Shown: one piece after another, positions 52,637 to 62,199 of the stretch
Numbering within the stretch: the stretch's first letter is position 1
How the letters are laid out: the number at the start of each line of letters is the position of its first letter
DNA from: Alphaproteobacteria bacterium
GTDB lineage: Bacteria; Pseudomonadota; Alphaproteobacteria; GCA-2731375
Length of the DNA: 64,000 bases
Direction: 5' to 3'
NCBI GenBank assembly: GCA_965225945.1
Contig: CBDDBZ010000031.1
Location: forward strand, 64,001-128,000
Notes under the pieces: generated by a model
The model's database searches: none
What the model saw: the letters and a program-made list of their open reading frames with translations, nothing else
What the model was told of the DNA's origin: nothing
Made by a program: the position numbers and the translations under genes

Positions 52637-53773
52637 ATGGCGATACGCGATCTCTACGGCGAGGAGCACGAGATCTTTCGAACTTCGGTGCGCCGCTTCG
52701 CGATGCGCGAGATCGCGCCCCACCACGAGGCTTGGGAGAAGGCCGGCGTGGTGCCGCGCGAGGCCTGGCTCGCCGCCGGCGAGGCGGGCCTACTGCTCTG
52801 TTCCGTGCCGGAGGAATATGGCGGTGGCGGTGGCGACTTCCTGCATTCCTGCGTGCTGATCGAGGAGCTGGCGAAGATCGGCGCCACGGGCCCGGGCTTC
52901 CCACTGCACAACGAGATCGTCACCCCCTACATCATGCACTACGCCTCGGAGGAGCAGAAACGCCACTGGCTCCCGAAGATGGCCAAGGGCGAGGCGATCA
53001 GCGCCATTGCGATGAGCGAGCCGGGCGCCGGCAGCGACCTCCAGGCCATCCGGACGACGGCCAGACGCGACGGCAATCATCTGGTGATCGACGGCCAGAA
53101 GACCTTCATCACCAACGGCCAGAGCGCCGATCTGATCGTCGTTTGCGTCAAGACCGACCTTGCCGAGGGCGCCAAGGGGATCAGCCTGGTGCTGGTGGAG
53201 GGGAATCGCGAGGGCTTCGAGCGGGGCCGCAACCTGGAGAAGGTCGGCTACAAGGCGCAGGATACCTCCGAATTGTTCTTCAACGAGGTCCGGGTGCCGA
53301 CGACCAACCTCCTGGGCGAGGAAGGCGAGGGCTTCCGCTACCTGATGGAGCAATTGCCGGGCGAGCGCCTGACCGTCGCCGTCCGCGCTTGCCAGGTGAT
53401 CGAGACGGCGCTGGAACAGACCGTCGAATATACCGCCCATCGCAAGGCCTTCGGCCGCGCCATCCAGGACTTCCAGAACACCCGCTTCACGCTCGCCGAG
53501 GTGAAGACGGAGGCGACGGTCTGCCGCACCTTCGTCGACCACTGTATCCGCCTGCATCTGAGCCAAGCGCTCGACACCCAGCTCGCCTCGATGGCCAAGA
53601 TGTACAGCACGGAGCTCGCTTGCCGCATGCTCGACAAATGCCTGCAACTGCATGGCGGCTACGGCTACATGTGGGAGTTCCCGATCGCGCGGGCCTGGGC
53701 CGACGCCCGGGTCAATCGGATCGCCGGCGGCACGAGCGAGATCATGAAAGAAATCATCGCGCGGGGGCTTTAG
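52637..53773 (+). CDS. Acyl-CoA dehydrogenase
   Basis: IAMSEPGAGSDL, GQKTFITNG, QLHGGYGY, RIAGGTSEIMK. Confidence 0.95.
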   Translation: MAIRDLYGEEHEIFRTSVRRFAMREIAPHHEAWEKAGVVPREAWLAAGEAGLLLCSVPEEYGGGGGDFLHSCVLIEELAKIGATGPGFPLHNEIVTPYIMHYASEEQKRHWLPKMAKGEAISAIAMSEPGAGSDLQAIRTTARRDGNHLVIDGQKTFITNGQSADLIVVCVKTDLAEGAKGISLVLVEGNREGFERGRNLEKVGYKAQDTSELFFNEVRVPTTNLLGEEGEGFRYLMEQLPGERLTVAVRACQVIETALEQTVEYTAHRKAFGRAIQDFQNTRFTLAEVKTEATVCRTFVDHCIRLHLSQALDTQLASMAKMYSTELACRMLDKCLQLHGGYGYMWEFPIARAWADARVNRIAGGTSEIMKEIIARGL

Positions 53774-53776
53774 CCG

Positions 53777-55381
53777 ATGGAAGTCCTTACCCCTACCCCA
53801 ACCCCCGCCGCCGCCCCCTCGCCGCGCACGCTCGCCGACATCACGCGCCATCATGCACGTGAGGCGCCGGACCGGGTGGCGTTGCATTTCGGCGGCCACG
53901 AGACCAGCTACGGCGAGCTCGACCGCCGCGCCAACCGGGTTGCCAACGCGCTGCTGGCGGAGGGTTTGGCGCCGGGCGACCGGGTGGCGCTCTTGGCCAA
54001 GAACAGCGATCGCTTCTTCGATCTGCTCTTTGGCGCCGCCAAGGCCGGCATGGTGCTGACGCCGATCAAACTCCGCCTCAAAGCACCCGAGATCGCCTAT
54101 ATCGTCGCCGACGCCGGCGCCCGGCTGCTGATCGTCGCCGGCGAGTTCGCCGACACCCTCGCCGGCATCGCCGACGAGCTGGCGGCGGTGGAGCGGATCA
54201 TCGTGCTCGACGGCGGACACGAAAGCTGGCCCGCCTTCGTCGACTGGCGGGATTCGGGCGGCGAGGTCGAGCCCCCGAACGCCAGCGGGCCCGACGACGT
54301 GGTGATGCAGATCTACACCGCCGGCACCACCGGCCGGGCGAAGGGCGTGCAGCTCACCAACCGCAACTTCACCGCCCTCTTCGACAACCTCGCGGCCATG
54401 AGCGGGACGGTGATCGCGCCCTGGAGCGATGAGGAGGTGGTGAACGTCGCCTCGCCGCTGTTTCATGTGGCGGGCTGCGTGTGGGCGTTTTACGGCTTGC
54501 TGCAGGGCGCCAAGAACGTGGTCATGGCGGACGTCGACCCACCGGCGATTCTGGCCTCGATCGCCGAGCAGCGAACCACCCGGGCGCTCTTCGTGCCGGC
54601 GGTGATCCGCTTCCTGCTGGAGGCGCCGGGCTGCCGGGAGACGGACTTCTCGACGCTCAAGGAGATCTACTACGGCGCCTCGCCCATTGCGCTCCCGGTG
54701 CTGGAGGAGGCGATCGAGGTCTTCGGCTGCGATTTTCTCCATCTCTACGGGATGACGGAGTTGACCGGCGCCGTCACCTGCCTGGCGCCCGGCGACCACG
54801 ATCCGGCGCTGGGCGCGCGCCTCGCCTCCTGTGGTCAGGCGATGCCGGGCTGCGAAATTCGCGTCCTCGACGCTTCGGGCGGGGAGCTCGGCCCGGGCGA
54901 GATCGGCGAGATCGTCTGCCGCTCGGCTCAGATCATGCTCGGCTATTGGAACCAGCCGGAGGCGACGGCGGAGGCGATCGTCGAGGGTTGGCTGCATACC
55001 GGCGATGCCGGCTATCTGGACGCGGACGGTTATCTCTATATCCACGACCGAGTCAAGGACATGATCATCTCCGGGGCCGAGAACATCTATCCCGCCGAAG
55101 TCGAGAGCGTGCTGATGTCCCACCCCGAGGTCGCCGACGTGGCGGTGATCGGGGTGCCGGACGAGACCTGGGGCGAAACCGTGCTGGCCTGCGTGGTGCC
55201 GGTCCAAGGCGAGACGCCGAGCCTCGAGGATCTCGTCGCCCATGCCCGGGGCTCGCTCGCCGGCTACAAGCTGCCGCGCTCGCTGGACATCCTCAAGGCG
55301 CTGCCGCGCAATCCGGCCGGCAAGGTCCTGAAGCGCGAACTGAGACGTCCGTACTGGGAAGGGCGGGAACGCCAGGTGTGA
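53777..55381 (+). CDS. Long-chain fatty acid-CoA ligase
   Basis: YTAGTTGRAKG, YGMTE, WLHTGD, DRVKDMIISG. Confidence 0.92.
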   Translation: MEVLTPTPTPAAAPSPRTLADITRHHAREAPDRVALHFGGHETSYGELDRRANRVANALLAEGLAPGDRVALLAKNSDRFFDLLFGAAKAGMVLTPIKLRLKAPEIAYIVADAGARLLIVAGEFADTLAGIADELAAVERIIVLDGGHESWPAFVDWRDSGGEVEPPNASGPDDVVMQIYTAGTTGRAKGVQLTNRNFTALFDNLAAMSGTVIAPWSDEEVVNVASPLFHVAGCVWAFYGLLQGAKNVVMADVDPPAILASIAEQRTTRALFVPAVIRFLLEAPGCRETDFSTLKEIYYGASPIALPVLEEAIEVFGCDFLHLYGMTELTGAVTCLAPGDHDPALGARLASCGQAMPGCEIRVLDASGGELGPGEIGEIVCRSAQIMLGYWNQPEATAEAIVEGWLHTGDAGYLDADGYLYIHDRVKDMIISGAENIYPAEVESVLMSHPEVADVAVIGVPDETWGETVLACVVPVQGETPSLEDLVAHARGSLAGYKLPRSLDILKALPRNPAGKVLKRELRRPYWEGRERQV

Positions 55382-55404
55382 ATTCTAACACCCGTTTAAA
55401 AATT

Positions 55405-56429
55405 GGCTCAATTCGTGAATTGTATGCGTCACCTTGTTACGGCGGCGGCGAGGCAGGCTCGGTCATTGGCGCCGGGGGCGAGGCCGACGAGGTGGAACCA
55501 GCTCAGGTAGTTGTCCAGATAGCGGGTGGCGATGCCGCGGCGGGGACGCAGGAAGTCCTTCAACCGGCTGTGGCGGCTGTTCACCGTCTGCACATGCAGA
55601 TCGCCCCGAACCCGTTCCCCCATCGAGCGGTTGAGTGCTTCGTGGCTCACCCCGAGCGCGGCGGCGCACGGTGGGTAGCTCGCGCCGCCGTCGGAGACCA
55701 GCAGGGCGTCCTTCGCGACCACCGGGTCGAGGGCAGCCGTGAGCGCCGCCGCATCGACCCTGGGCAGCACCGCGCTGACCGTCGTTCCGCTCCGGTCCGC
55801 CGCCATGAGAACCGGTACCTGCTCGCGCGAGAGGCCGCGCTTCTTCGCCTTGCCGCCCCGCCGCCGTGCCTTGCGCCCCAGCCCGCGCGCGCCCTTCCGG
55901 CTCTCCAGGACGTAGGTCTCGTCCGCTTCCACGATCCCCTTGAGCACCTCCGAATCGCTCCGCGCCGCCGCCAGAAACCGGTGACGCCAGCGGAACGCCG
56001 TGCTCACCGCCACGTCGCAGCGCGCCGCCGACGCCTTCACCGTCTCCCCCTTCGCCAGCGACGCCCCGAACGACAGCCAGCGTTCCTTGTGGTGCAAGCC
56101 CGACAGCGGCGTACCGGTCAGCGCGTTGAAGGTCCTGCCGCAGCCCTTGCACTGGTAGCGCCGCAGACCCCGCGCCATACCGCGCGAAACCGCCCCTTCG
56201 CTCGCGCAGTGCGGACAGCGCCGGGCCTCGTCCACACCAAGCTCGATCGCGGCCTTCGATGCCTCGCCCTCGCTCCGGCCCGACAGCACCGCGAGCGCCT
56301 CGCGCCGCTGCGCGCGCGTCAGCCCGCGCGCCGCCGAAAGCCACACCTGGAAACCCTTGCCGTCCATAACCCAACCTCCTGACGTTCCAGGCACTCTATC
56401 ACTAATGCATACAATTCACGAATTGAGCC
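55405..56429 (-). mobile_element. IS1595-family element
   Basis: Perfect 23-bp IR GGCTCAATTCGTGAATTGTATGC; 8-bp TSD TAAAAATT. Confidence 0.96.
55429..56394 (-). CDS. IS1595-family transposase
   Basis: CPHC..C..C, VEADETY, HVQTVN..H..LK, GIATRYL.NYL.W. Confidence 0.93.
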   Translation of the reverse strand: MPGTSGGWVMDGKGFQVWLSAARGLTRAQRREALAVLSGRSEGEASKAAIELGVDEARRCPHCASEGAVSRGMARGLRRYQCKGCGRTFNALTGTPLSGLHHKERWLSFGASLAKGETVKASAARCDVAVSTAFRWRHRFLAAARSDSEVLKGIVEADETYVLESRKGARGLGRKARRRGGKAKKRGLSREQVPVLMAADRSGTTVSAVLPRVDAAALTAALDPVVAKDALLVSDGGASYPPCAAALGVSHEALNRSMGERVRGDLHVQTVNSRHSRLKDFLRPRRGIATRYLDNYLSWFHLVGLAPGANDRACLAAAVTR

Positions 56430-56514
56430 TAAAAATTAGACCCGCCGGCCCGCCCATGCGAGATTTGGCGACGATTGCGGCCGCGCGGCGCCCGATCGGT
56501 CGGGAGGATCTCGG

Positions 56515-56760
56515 ATGCACGTCGGCATAAGCGCGTTCTTTCAGAACCGCATCGAGGGCATGAGCGACCGCGAGGTCGACTATGTCGAGCGGACCGACGC
56601 CGGCGGCCTCATCACCATGTTCAGCTATGGCGGCATGCCGCATGACATGGCCAAGGCCAACATGCGCCTCTTCGCCGAGAAGGTGCTTCCCAGGCTCAAG
56701 GCGCGCGATTGTGGCGTCGAGATCGGCGGCGGCGGGGCCCTCCACGTCGCCGCCGAATAG
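56515..56760 (+). pseudogene. LLM-class flavin monooxygenase remnant with an in-frame internal deletion
   Basis: N-terminus MHVG...FFQN..SDREV fused to C-terminus GGMPHD.A..NMRLFAEKVLPRL. Confidence 0.7.
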
Positions 56761-57916
56761 CCTCCCCCGCCGCTGGCTCGCGCTGGCCGTTCTCGGCCTT
56801 TGGCTGGGGCTCGCGCCGACGCCGACATCGGCCCATGTGGCCAATCTCTCGACCTCGCGTCTCGACGTGGCGGCCGGCGGCATCCGCCAGGTCATCGACG
56901 TCCATCGCGTCGACCTGGAGGCGGCTCTCGGGCGCTCCTTCGGCGACGAGGGGACGATCGTCGAGGGCGCGATCGTCGCCGATCCCGAGGCGACACGCGC
57001 TTATCTCCTGGCGAACGCCCGCCTGTTGGATGGCGAGGGCCGCGACTGCGAGGTCGCGCCCGACCCGCCGCGCCACGTCGAGACCCACGTGGTGGCGACC
57101 GCCACCTGGCACTGTCCGGCGGGCGGGCGCCTGCGCTATCGTGTCACCCTGTTCCACGCCACCGATCCGAACGCCCGCCATCTGGTGCTGATCTTCCGGG
57201 GCGAGGGGGAGCCGATCCAGGGTCTATTGAACGTGGGGCAGCCCGAGATCGCGCTCGACGCGCCCGCCGCCTGGCACCAGGTGGCGCGCCGTCACGTCGT
57301 CTTCGGCATCGAGCACATCGCCATCGGCTTCGACCACATCGCCTTCCTCCTGGCGTTGATCCTCTGGGCCCGGCGGTTCTGGCCCTTCGTCGTCGTGGTG
57401 ACGGCCTTCACCCTCGCGCACTCGATCACCCTCGCGCTCGCGGTGCTGGAGGTGGCGAGCCTCCCGGGCGCGGGAATCGAGATCGCAATCGCCGCCACGA
57501 TCGTCTACGCGGCGGCGGAGAATTTGTTCTCCCGGGCGGGCGAGAAGCGCTGGCGCACCGCCGTCGTGCTCGGCCTGCTGCACGGCTTCGGCTTCGCCTC
57601 GGTGTTGCGCGATTTCGGCCTGCCGAGGGACCACCTGGTGCTCGCGCTCGCCGCCTTCAACATCGGGGTCGAGATCGGCCAGATGATCATCGTCGCCGCG
57701 GCCTTCGCCGTGCTCCTTGGGCTCGACCGGGCGCTGGCGCGGGGCGACGCGCCCGCCCGCTCGCCACTGCTGGTGTACACGCTCTCGCTGCCGATTCTCG
57801 CGCTCGGCGTCTATTGGTTGATCGAACGCGCGGTTTCGCCATTATGCCAACCGCCATCAATGGCGGTTGGCATAATGGCGCCGGAGCGAGGGGGGAACGA
57901 GGACATGAAGCCATGA
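56744..57916 (+). CDS. HupE/UreJ family membrane protein (start uncertain)
   Basis: GIEHI..GFDH, TAFTLAHSITL, GLLHGFGFA, FNIGVEIGQ. Confidence 0.85.
   Translation, partial: TSPPNSLPRRWLALAVLGLWLGLAPTPTSAHVANLSTSRLDVAAGGIRQVIDVHRVDLEAALGRSFGDEGTIVEGAIVADPEATRAYLLANARLLDGEGRDCEVAPDPPRHVETHVVATATWHCPAGGRLRYRVTLFHATDPNARHLVLIFRGEGEPIQGLLNVGQPEIALDAPAAWHQVARRHVVFGIEHIAIGFDHIAFLLALILWARRFWPFVVVVTAFTLAHSITLALAVLEVASLPGAGIEIAIAATIVYAAAENLFSRAGEKRWRTAVVLGLLHGFGFASVLRDFGLPRDHLVLALAAFNIGVEIGQMIIVAAAFAVLLGLDRALARGDAPARSPLLVYTLSLPILALGVYWLIERAVSPLCQPPSMAVGIMAPERGGNEDMKP
57837..57880. repeat. Perfect 21-bp inverted repeat
   Basis: CGCCATTATGCCAACCGCCAT-CA-ATGGCGGTTGGCATAATGGCG. Confidence 0.9.
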
Positions 57917-59169
57917 GTTTGTCGGCCATCGACGAATTGCGCGAACCGCTCCACTGGCCAGGCGAGGGCGTGACGCGGATTCCCTACCGGTTGTTCTGCG
58001 ACCCCGAGATTTACGCCCTGGAGCAACGGCGGATCTTTCAGGGGCCGGTCTGGAACTTCCTCTGCCTGGAGATCGATATCGCGGAGCCGGGCGACTACAA
58101 GACCACCCATGTCGGCGAGGTGCCGGTCGTCGTCACGCGCGACGAGAACGGCGAGGTGCACGCGCTGATCAATCGCTGCGCGCACAAGGGCGCGCTGGTT
58201 TGCCTGAAGCAACGCGGCAACGCCAAGATGCTGACCTGCGTCTATCATGCTTGGACCTATGACCTCGGCGGCCGGCTCCAGGGCTTGGCCTTTCGCCGGG
58301 GCCTGAAGGGCAAGGGCGGCATGCCGGAGGATTTCGACCTCCGGCGCCACCGCCTGGAGCCGCTTCGCGTGGAGCTCTTCAGCGGCCTCGTCTTCGCCAC
58401 CTTTTCCGAGGAGACACCGTCGGTCGAAAGCTATCTCGGGCCGGCGATGGCCAAGTTCACCCGCCGCGCCCTGGACCGGCCGCTGCACCGCCTGGGCATG
58501 CACTCTCAGGTGATCCACAACAATTGGAAGCTCTATGCGGAAAATTTGCGCGATTCCTATCACGCGACCCTGCTGCATACCTTTTACACGACCTTCAAGA
58601 TCAACCGCCTGGACATGGATGGCGGCATCATCCTGGCCGACGACAAGTGGCACCACGTCAGCTACGCCAAGCGCGCGACCTTCGAGGAGGCGGCCGAGTA
58701 CCGGGCGGCCGAGGTCCATTCGGACCGCTTCGAGGCGAAACTGGCGGGACCTCGACTGCTCGACGCCTGGGACGAGTTCGACGACGGAATAACCCATTCC
58801 ATCCAGTCGGTGTTCCCCAATCTCGGAATTCACCTCACCTTGAATTCCCTTTGCGTGCGCTATTTCGCGCCGCGTGGCGTCGAGCGCACGGAGCTCTTCT
58901 GGCACTACCTCGGCTGCGACGACGACGACGAGGCGCAAACCCGGATGCGGATCATGCAGGGCAATCTGACCGGCGCGGCGGGGCTCGTTTCCCTGGAAGA
59001 CGGCTGCATCAACGAATTCGTGCAGCGCGGCACGCGCGGCGCCGCCGACCGCGCCGCCTTCATGGAAATGGGCGGGCGGGACGTCGAATCGAGCGACGCC
59101 AGCCGAGCGACGGAGGTCGCCGTTCGCGGGTTCTGGACCGGCTATCGGCGCGTCATGGGGATCAGTTGA
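57913..59169 (+). CDS. Rieske aromatic ring-hydroxylating oxygenase, alpha subunit (salicylate/anthranilate-type)
   Basis: NRCAH..CVYHAW, NWKLYAEN.RD.YH..LLH, SLED. Confidence 0.93.
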   Translation: MSLSAIDELREPLHWPGEGVTRIPYRLFCDPEIYALEQRRIFQGPVWNFLCLEIDIAEPGDYKTTHVGEVPVVVTRDENGEVHALINRCAHKGALVCLKQRGNAKMLTCVYHAWTYDLGGRLQGLAFRRGLKGKGGMPEDFDLRRHRLEPLRVELFSGLVFATFSEETPSVESYLGPAMAKFTRRALDRPLHRLGMHSQVIHNNWKLYAENLRDSYHATLLHTFYTTFKINRLDMDGGIILADDKWHHVSYAKRATFEEAAEYRAAEVHSDRFEAKLAGPRLLDAWDEFDDGITHSIQSVFPNLGIHLTLNSLCVRYFAPRGVERTELFWHYLGCDDDDEAQTRMRIMQGNLTGAAGLVSLEDGCINEFVQRGTRGAADRAAFMEMGGRDVESSDASRATEVAVRGFWTGYRRVMGIS

Positions 59170-59170
59170 G

Positions 59171-59659
59171 ATGGGCGCCGAGGGGGTCCCGGTCGATCCG
59201 GAGACGAGGCGGCGCATCGAGGACTTCTTCACCGATTACGGCCACGGAATCGACGACGGGAAGCTCGAGACCTGGCCGGACTTCTTCACCGAGGACGGCG
59301 TCTACCGGATCACCACGCGGGAGAATTTGGAGGCGGGCCTGCCGCTCGGCATTTTCTATTGCGAGGGCCGCGGCATGATGGCCGATCGCGTCCACGCGCT
59401 CGAGACCGCGAACGTCTTCGAGCCGCACAGCTATTGCCATCTGCTCGGCCGGCCGACGCTGGCGCGCGAGGGCGAGGCGGTGTGCGCGCGGAGCAATTTC
59501 GCCGTCGTCCGCACCATGCAGGACGGCGCCAGCGAGATGTTCGCCGTCGGCAAGTATCTCGACCGGGTCGTGTTCGAGGACGGCGCGCCGCGCTTCGCCG
59601 ATCGCCGCGTCGTGCTGGAAAGCCACCGGATCGATATCCTCCTGGTGTTTCCGCTGTAG
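59171..59659 (+). CDS. Ring-hydroxylating oxygenase, beta subunit
   Basis: WPDFFTED..Y....REN, G.YLD, ILLVFPL. Confidence 0.92.
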   Translation: MGAEGVPVDPETRRRIEDFFTDYGHGIDDGKLETWPDFFTEDGVYRITTRENLEAGLPLGIFYCEGRGMMADRVHALETANVFEPHSYCHLLGRPTLAREGEAVCARSNFAVVRTMQDGASEMFAVGKYLDRVVFEDGAPRFADRRVVLESHRIDILLVFPL

Positions 59660-59683
59660 GCGGGAATTCGCTCGCGCCTCGAC

Positions 59684-59753
59684 CTAGAGCGTGACCCGGA
59701 GTTCCCGTCCCCGGCGCTCGAAGCCAATCCGTTGGTAGCTCGCGAAGTCCATC
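59684..59753 (-). pseudogene. Possible N-terminal stub of an enoyl-CoA hydratase
   Basis: RBS + MDFASYQRIGFERRGRELRVTL, then stop. Confidence 0.45.
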
Positions 59754-59801
59754 TTTTCTCCTTCCCGTCCATCCGACGGCACGATGGCAAAGCCCCTCGC
59801 C

Positions 59802-61007
59802 TCAGCGTCGAAGCGAGAGCGCCAGGTTGAGCGGCAGCATCGCCAGCAGGACGTAGATCGTCGAGCCCCAGGCCAGCACCGTGACCGTCGCGCCCGCGTC
59901 GATCCACCAGCCCATGGTGGCCGGCGCCGCCGCGCTGCCGAGCGACGACAGCACGGCGGCGATCGAGCGAATCGCGCCCAGATGGGCAACGCCGTAAAGC
60001 TCCGCCCACATGGCGTTGATGATGGTGAAGGAAGCCCCGGACCCCGCGCCCAGCAACGCGAGATAGAAAACCGCGCCCGCCTTGTGCTCGACGGTGGCCA
60101 GGATCGCCGCCGAGAGCGCCAGCGGCACCAGATAGGCTCGCGCCAGCCGACGCGCGCTCCAGCGATCGACGAGCGGCCCGAGCAGAATCGCCGTGACCGC
60201 CTTGGCCGCCGCGTAGCCGAGGAAGCAACCGGCAATTAGGGCGAGGCTCCAGCCCCGCGAGTCGGCAAAATGGGCTTGATGGAAAATCAAACCGGTGGAG
60301 ACGTAGGAAGGCGCCAGCAGGGCGGGAGCTATGAGCCAGAAACGGATGTCGTGCAGCATCTCGCGGCGGGTCCACTGTCGCCCGGAATAGCCTCGCCCGG
60401 CCCGTGTCGCCGGCGCGCCCATGGCCGCCGTCTCGGCCTTCAGCAGAAGGTGGATCGTGGGCATGATGACAAGGACGAGGAATCCGGCATAGAGCACCCA
60501 GGTGGCCCGCCAGCCGATCGCCGCCATCAGGGCCACGGCCAGCAGCGGCAATAGGCTCTCGCCCAGCGGCTGGCCGAAGGAGACGATGCCGACGGCCTTG
60601 CCGCGGTTGGCGTCGAAGGTGCGCAAGGTGCCGGTGATCGCGGTGTGCGACATCAACCCCTGACCGCAGAGCCGCAGCAGATAGAAGGCGAGCGCCAGGG
60701 CCCAGACGGCGGGGGTCCATGCCATGGTCATACAGCTCACCACCATGCCGGCGGTGACGGCGAGCGCCAACGGCCTGAGCGCCACCACGTCGATCAGACG
60801 GCCGAACCAGATCATCGTCATGCCGGCGAACAGCGTTGCCACGGAATAGATCGTGCCGACCGCGCCATGGCCGAGGCCGAACTCCGCCCGGACCTCGCCC
60901 ATGTAGAGCGAGATGAAGAAGGTCTGGCCGAAGCTGGCCGAGGCGGCGAGCAGCAGGCCGAAGGTGAGGAAGCGCGCATTCGCCCGGAAGAAGGCGAGGT
61001 AGCTCAT
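59802..61007 (-). CDS. MFS transporter
   Basis: Multiple TM segments; FGQTF, GRLID, LRLCGQG. Confidence 0.9.
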   Translation of the reverse strand: MSYLAFFRANARFLTFGLLLAASASFGQTFFISLYMGEVRAEFGLGHGAVGTIYSVATLFAGMTMIWFGRLIDVVALRPLALAVTAGMVVSCMTMAWTPAVWALALAFYLLRLCGQGLMSHTAITGTLRTFDANRGKAVGIVSFGQPLGESLLPLLAVALMAAIGWRATWVLYAGFLVLVIMPTIHLLLKAETAAMGAPATRAGRGYSGRQWTRREMLHDIRFWLIAPALLAPSYVSTGLIFHQAHFADSRGWSLALIAGCFLGYAAAKAVTAILLGPLVDRWSARRLARAYLVPLALSAAILATVEHKAGAVFYLALLGAGSGASFTIINAMWAELYGVAHLGAIRSIAAVLSSLGSAAAPATMGWWIDAGATVTVLAWGSTIYVLLAMLPLNLALSLRR

Positions 61008-61684
61008 GGCGGCCCGGCTTCATGCCAGGCGAGCGGCGGCGGCAGCTCCTCGGCGGCGTATTCGAGGTGGAGGATGCGGCGGCGCGCGCCGGTCGCGCGA
61101 TCCGAGCGGTGCAGGACCAACGGCCGCATCGCCAGAACGTCACCCGCGCCGGCAACACAGGTCACGCTGCCGCGCTCGGCGATCAACCCCTTGATTTCCG
61201 GTCTGGGGATACGCCCGAGCCGGTGCGTGCCCACCACGATCTGGAGCGCGCCCGAACTCTCGTCGGCATCGTCGAGATGCAGGCGAAGCGCCATCATCCG
61301 CTCCAGCAGCGCGATCGGCGCCAGCACGTGCGGCACCCCGCGTTTTACCGACCAGCCGTGGAAGCCCTCGACCTCCGCCTCGGCGCGGATTGCGATGGCG
61401 AGGTCCTGGTGCCAGCGGATCGCCCAACTGCGCGTCCCTACCTTGTCGAAGAGGGTCGCGCGAACCGGCCGGGCCGCCGGCCGCATCGCCGCCGGCAATA
61501 GCGCCGTCATCCTCGCCGACCCGGCGAGCGCGCGCAGACCGGGCAGTGTCGTCAGGAGATTGCGCAGACCGGGCGTCCGTTCCCCCTGCGCCAAACGGTC
61601 AAGACCGACTCGGAACCGGGCGACCTCGCCAGCCGTGAGCACGCAGGGATGGAGCCGGACGCCGTCCCGCTCCAAATTGGGCAA
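61004..61684 (-). CDS. Phytanoyl-CoA dioxygenase (PhyH) family 2OG-Fe(II) oxygenase
   Basis: WHQD, RLHLDD, GAL, LHRS, RRILHLEY. Confidence 0.85.
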   Translation of the reverse strand: MPNLERDGVRLHPCVLTAGEVARFRVGLDRLAQGERTPGLRNLLTTLPGLRALAGSARMTALLPAAMRPAARPVRATLFDKVGTRSWAIRWHQDLAIAIRAEAEVEGFHGWSVKRGVPHVLAPIALLERMMALRLHLDDADESSGALQIVVGTHRLGRIPRPEIKGLIAERGSVTCVAGAGDVLAMRPLVLHRSDRATGARRRILHLEYAAEELPPPLAWHEAGPP

Positions 61685-61707
61685 GATGCCGTCCGTCCGC
61701 GCCGCGC

Positions 61708-62196
61708 CTAGTCGCCGGCGGCCATCAGCTTGGCAGTCTCGCGGCCGGCGATCATGCGGAGCGGGTTATAAGTGATCACCACCTCGCCCTTCTGGTTCTT
61801 GATCTCGTTGAAGCTGCGCACGATCGCGCGGCCGCCCTTGGATGTCGGGCGGATTTCCACCACCTCGACCTCGACATGGATCGTATCGCCGGCGAAGGTC
61901 GGCCCCTTGACGTCGAGTTCCATGTTGAGGAAGGCGAGCCCCGTGTGCTGCATCGTCGCCTGCACCAGCAGGCCCTCGGCGAAGCAGTAGGCCAGCGCGG
62001 CGGGCGCCACCCGCCCCTTCATCGGTGCGTGTTCGGCGAGATACTCCATGTCGGTGAACAGCACCTCCACCATGCCGGTGCAGCCGATGAAGTTGACGAT
62101 GTCGGTCTCCGTTACCGTGCGGCCGATGGTGCGGAACTTTTGCCCGACCTCGAGATCGTTCCAGAATATGCCCAGCCCGACGTATTCCAACTGCAT
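61708..62196 (-). CDS. MaoC-family dehydratase
   Basis: GRTVTETD, PTFAGDTI. Confidence 0.88.
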   Translation of the reverse strand: MQLEYVGLGIFWNDLEVGQKFRTIGRTVTETDIVNFIGCTGMVEVLFTDMEYLAEHAPMKGRVAPAALAYCFAEGLLVQATMQHTGLAFLNMELDVKGPTFAGDTIHVEVEVVEIRPTSKGGRAIVRSFNEIKNQKGEVVITYNPLRMIAGRETAKLMAAGD

Positions 62197-62199
62197 GGC

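Noticed and set aside
56800-57912. 789-aa Rieske protein with a long N-terminal extension
   Set aside because: The extension is an alternative frame of the HupE gene; the likely start is the ATG at 57913.
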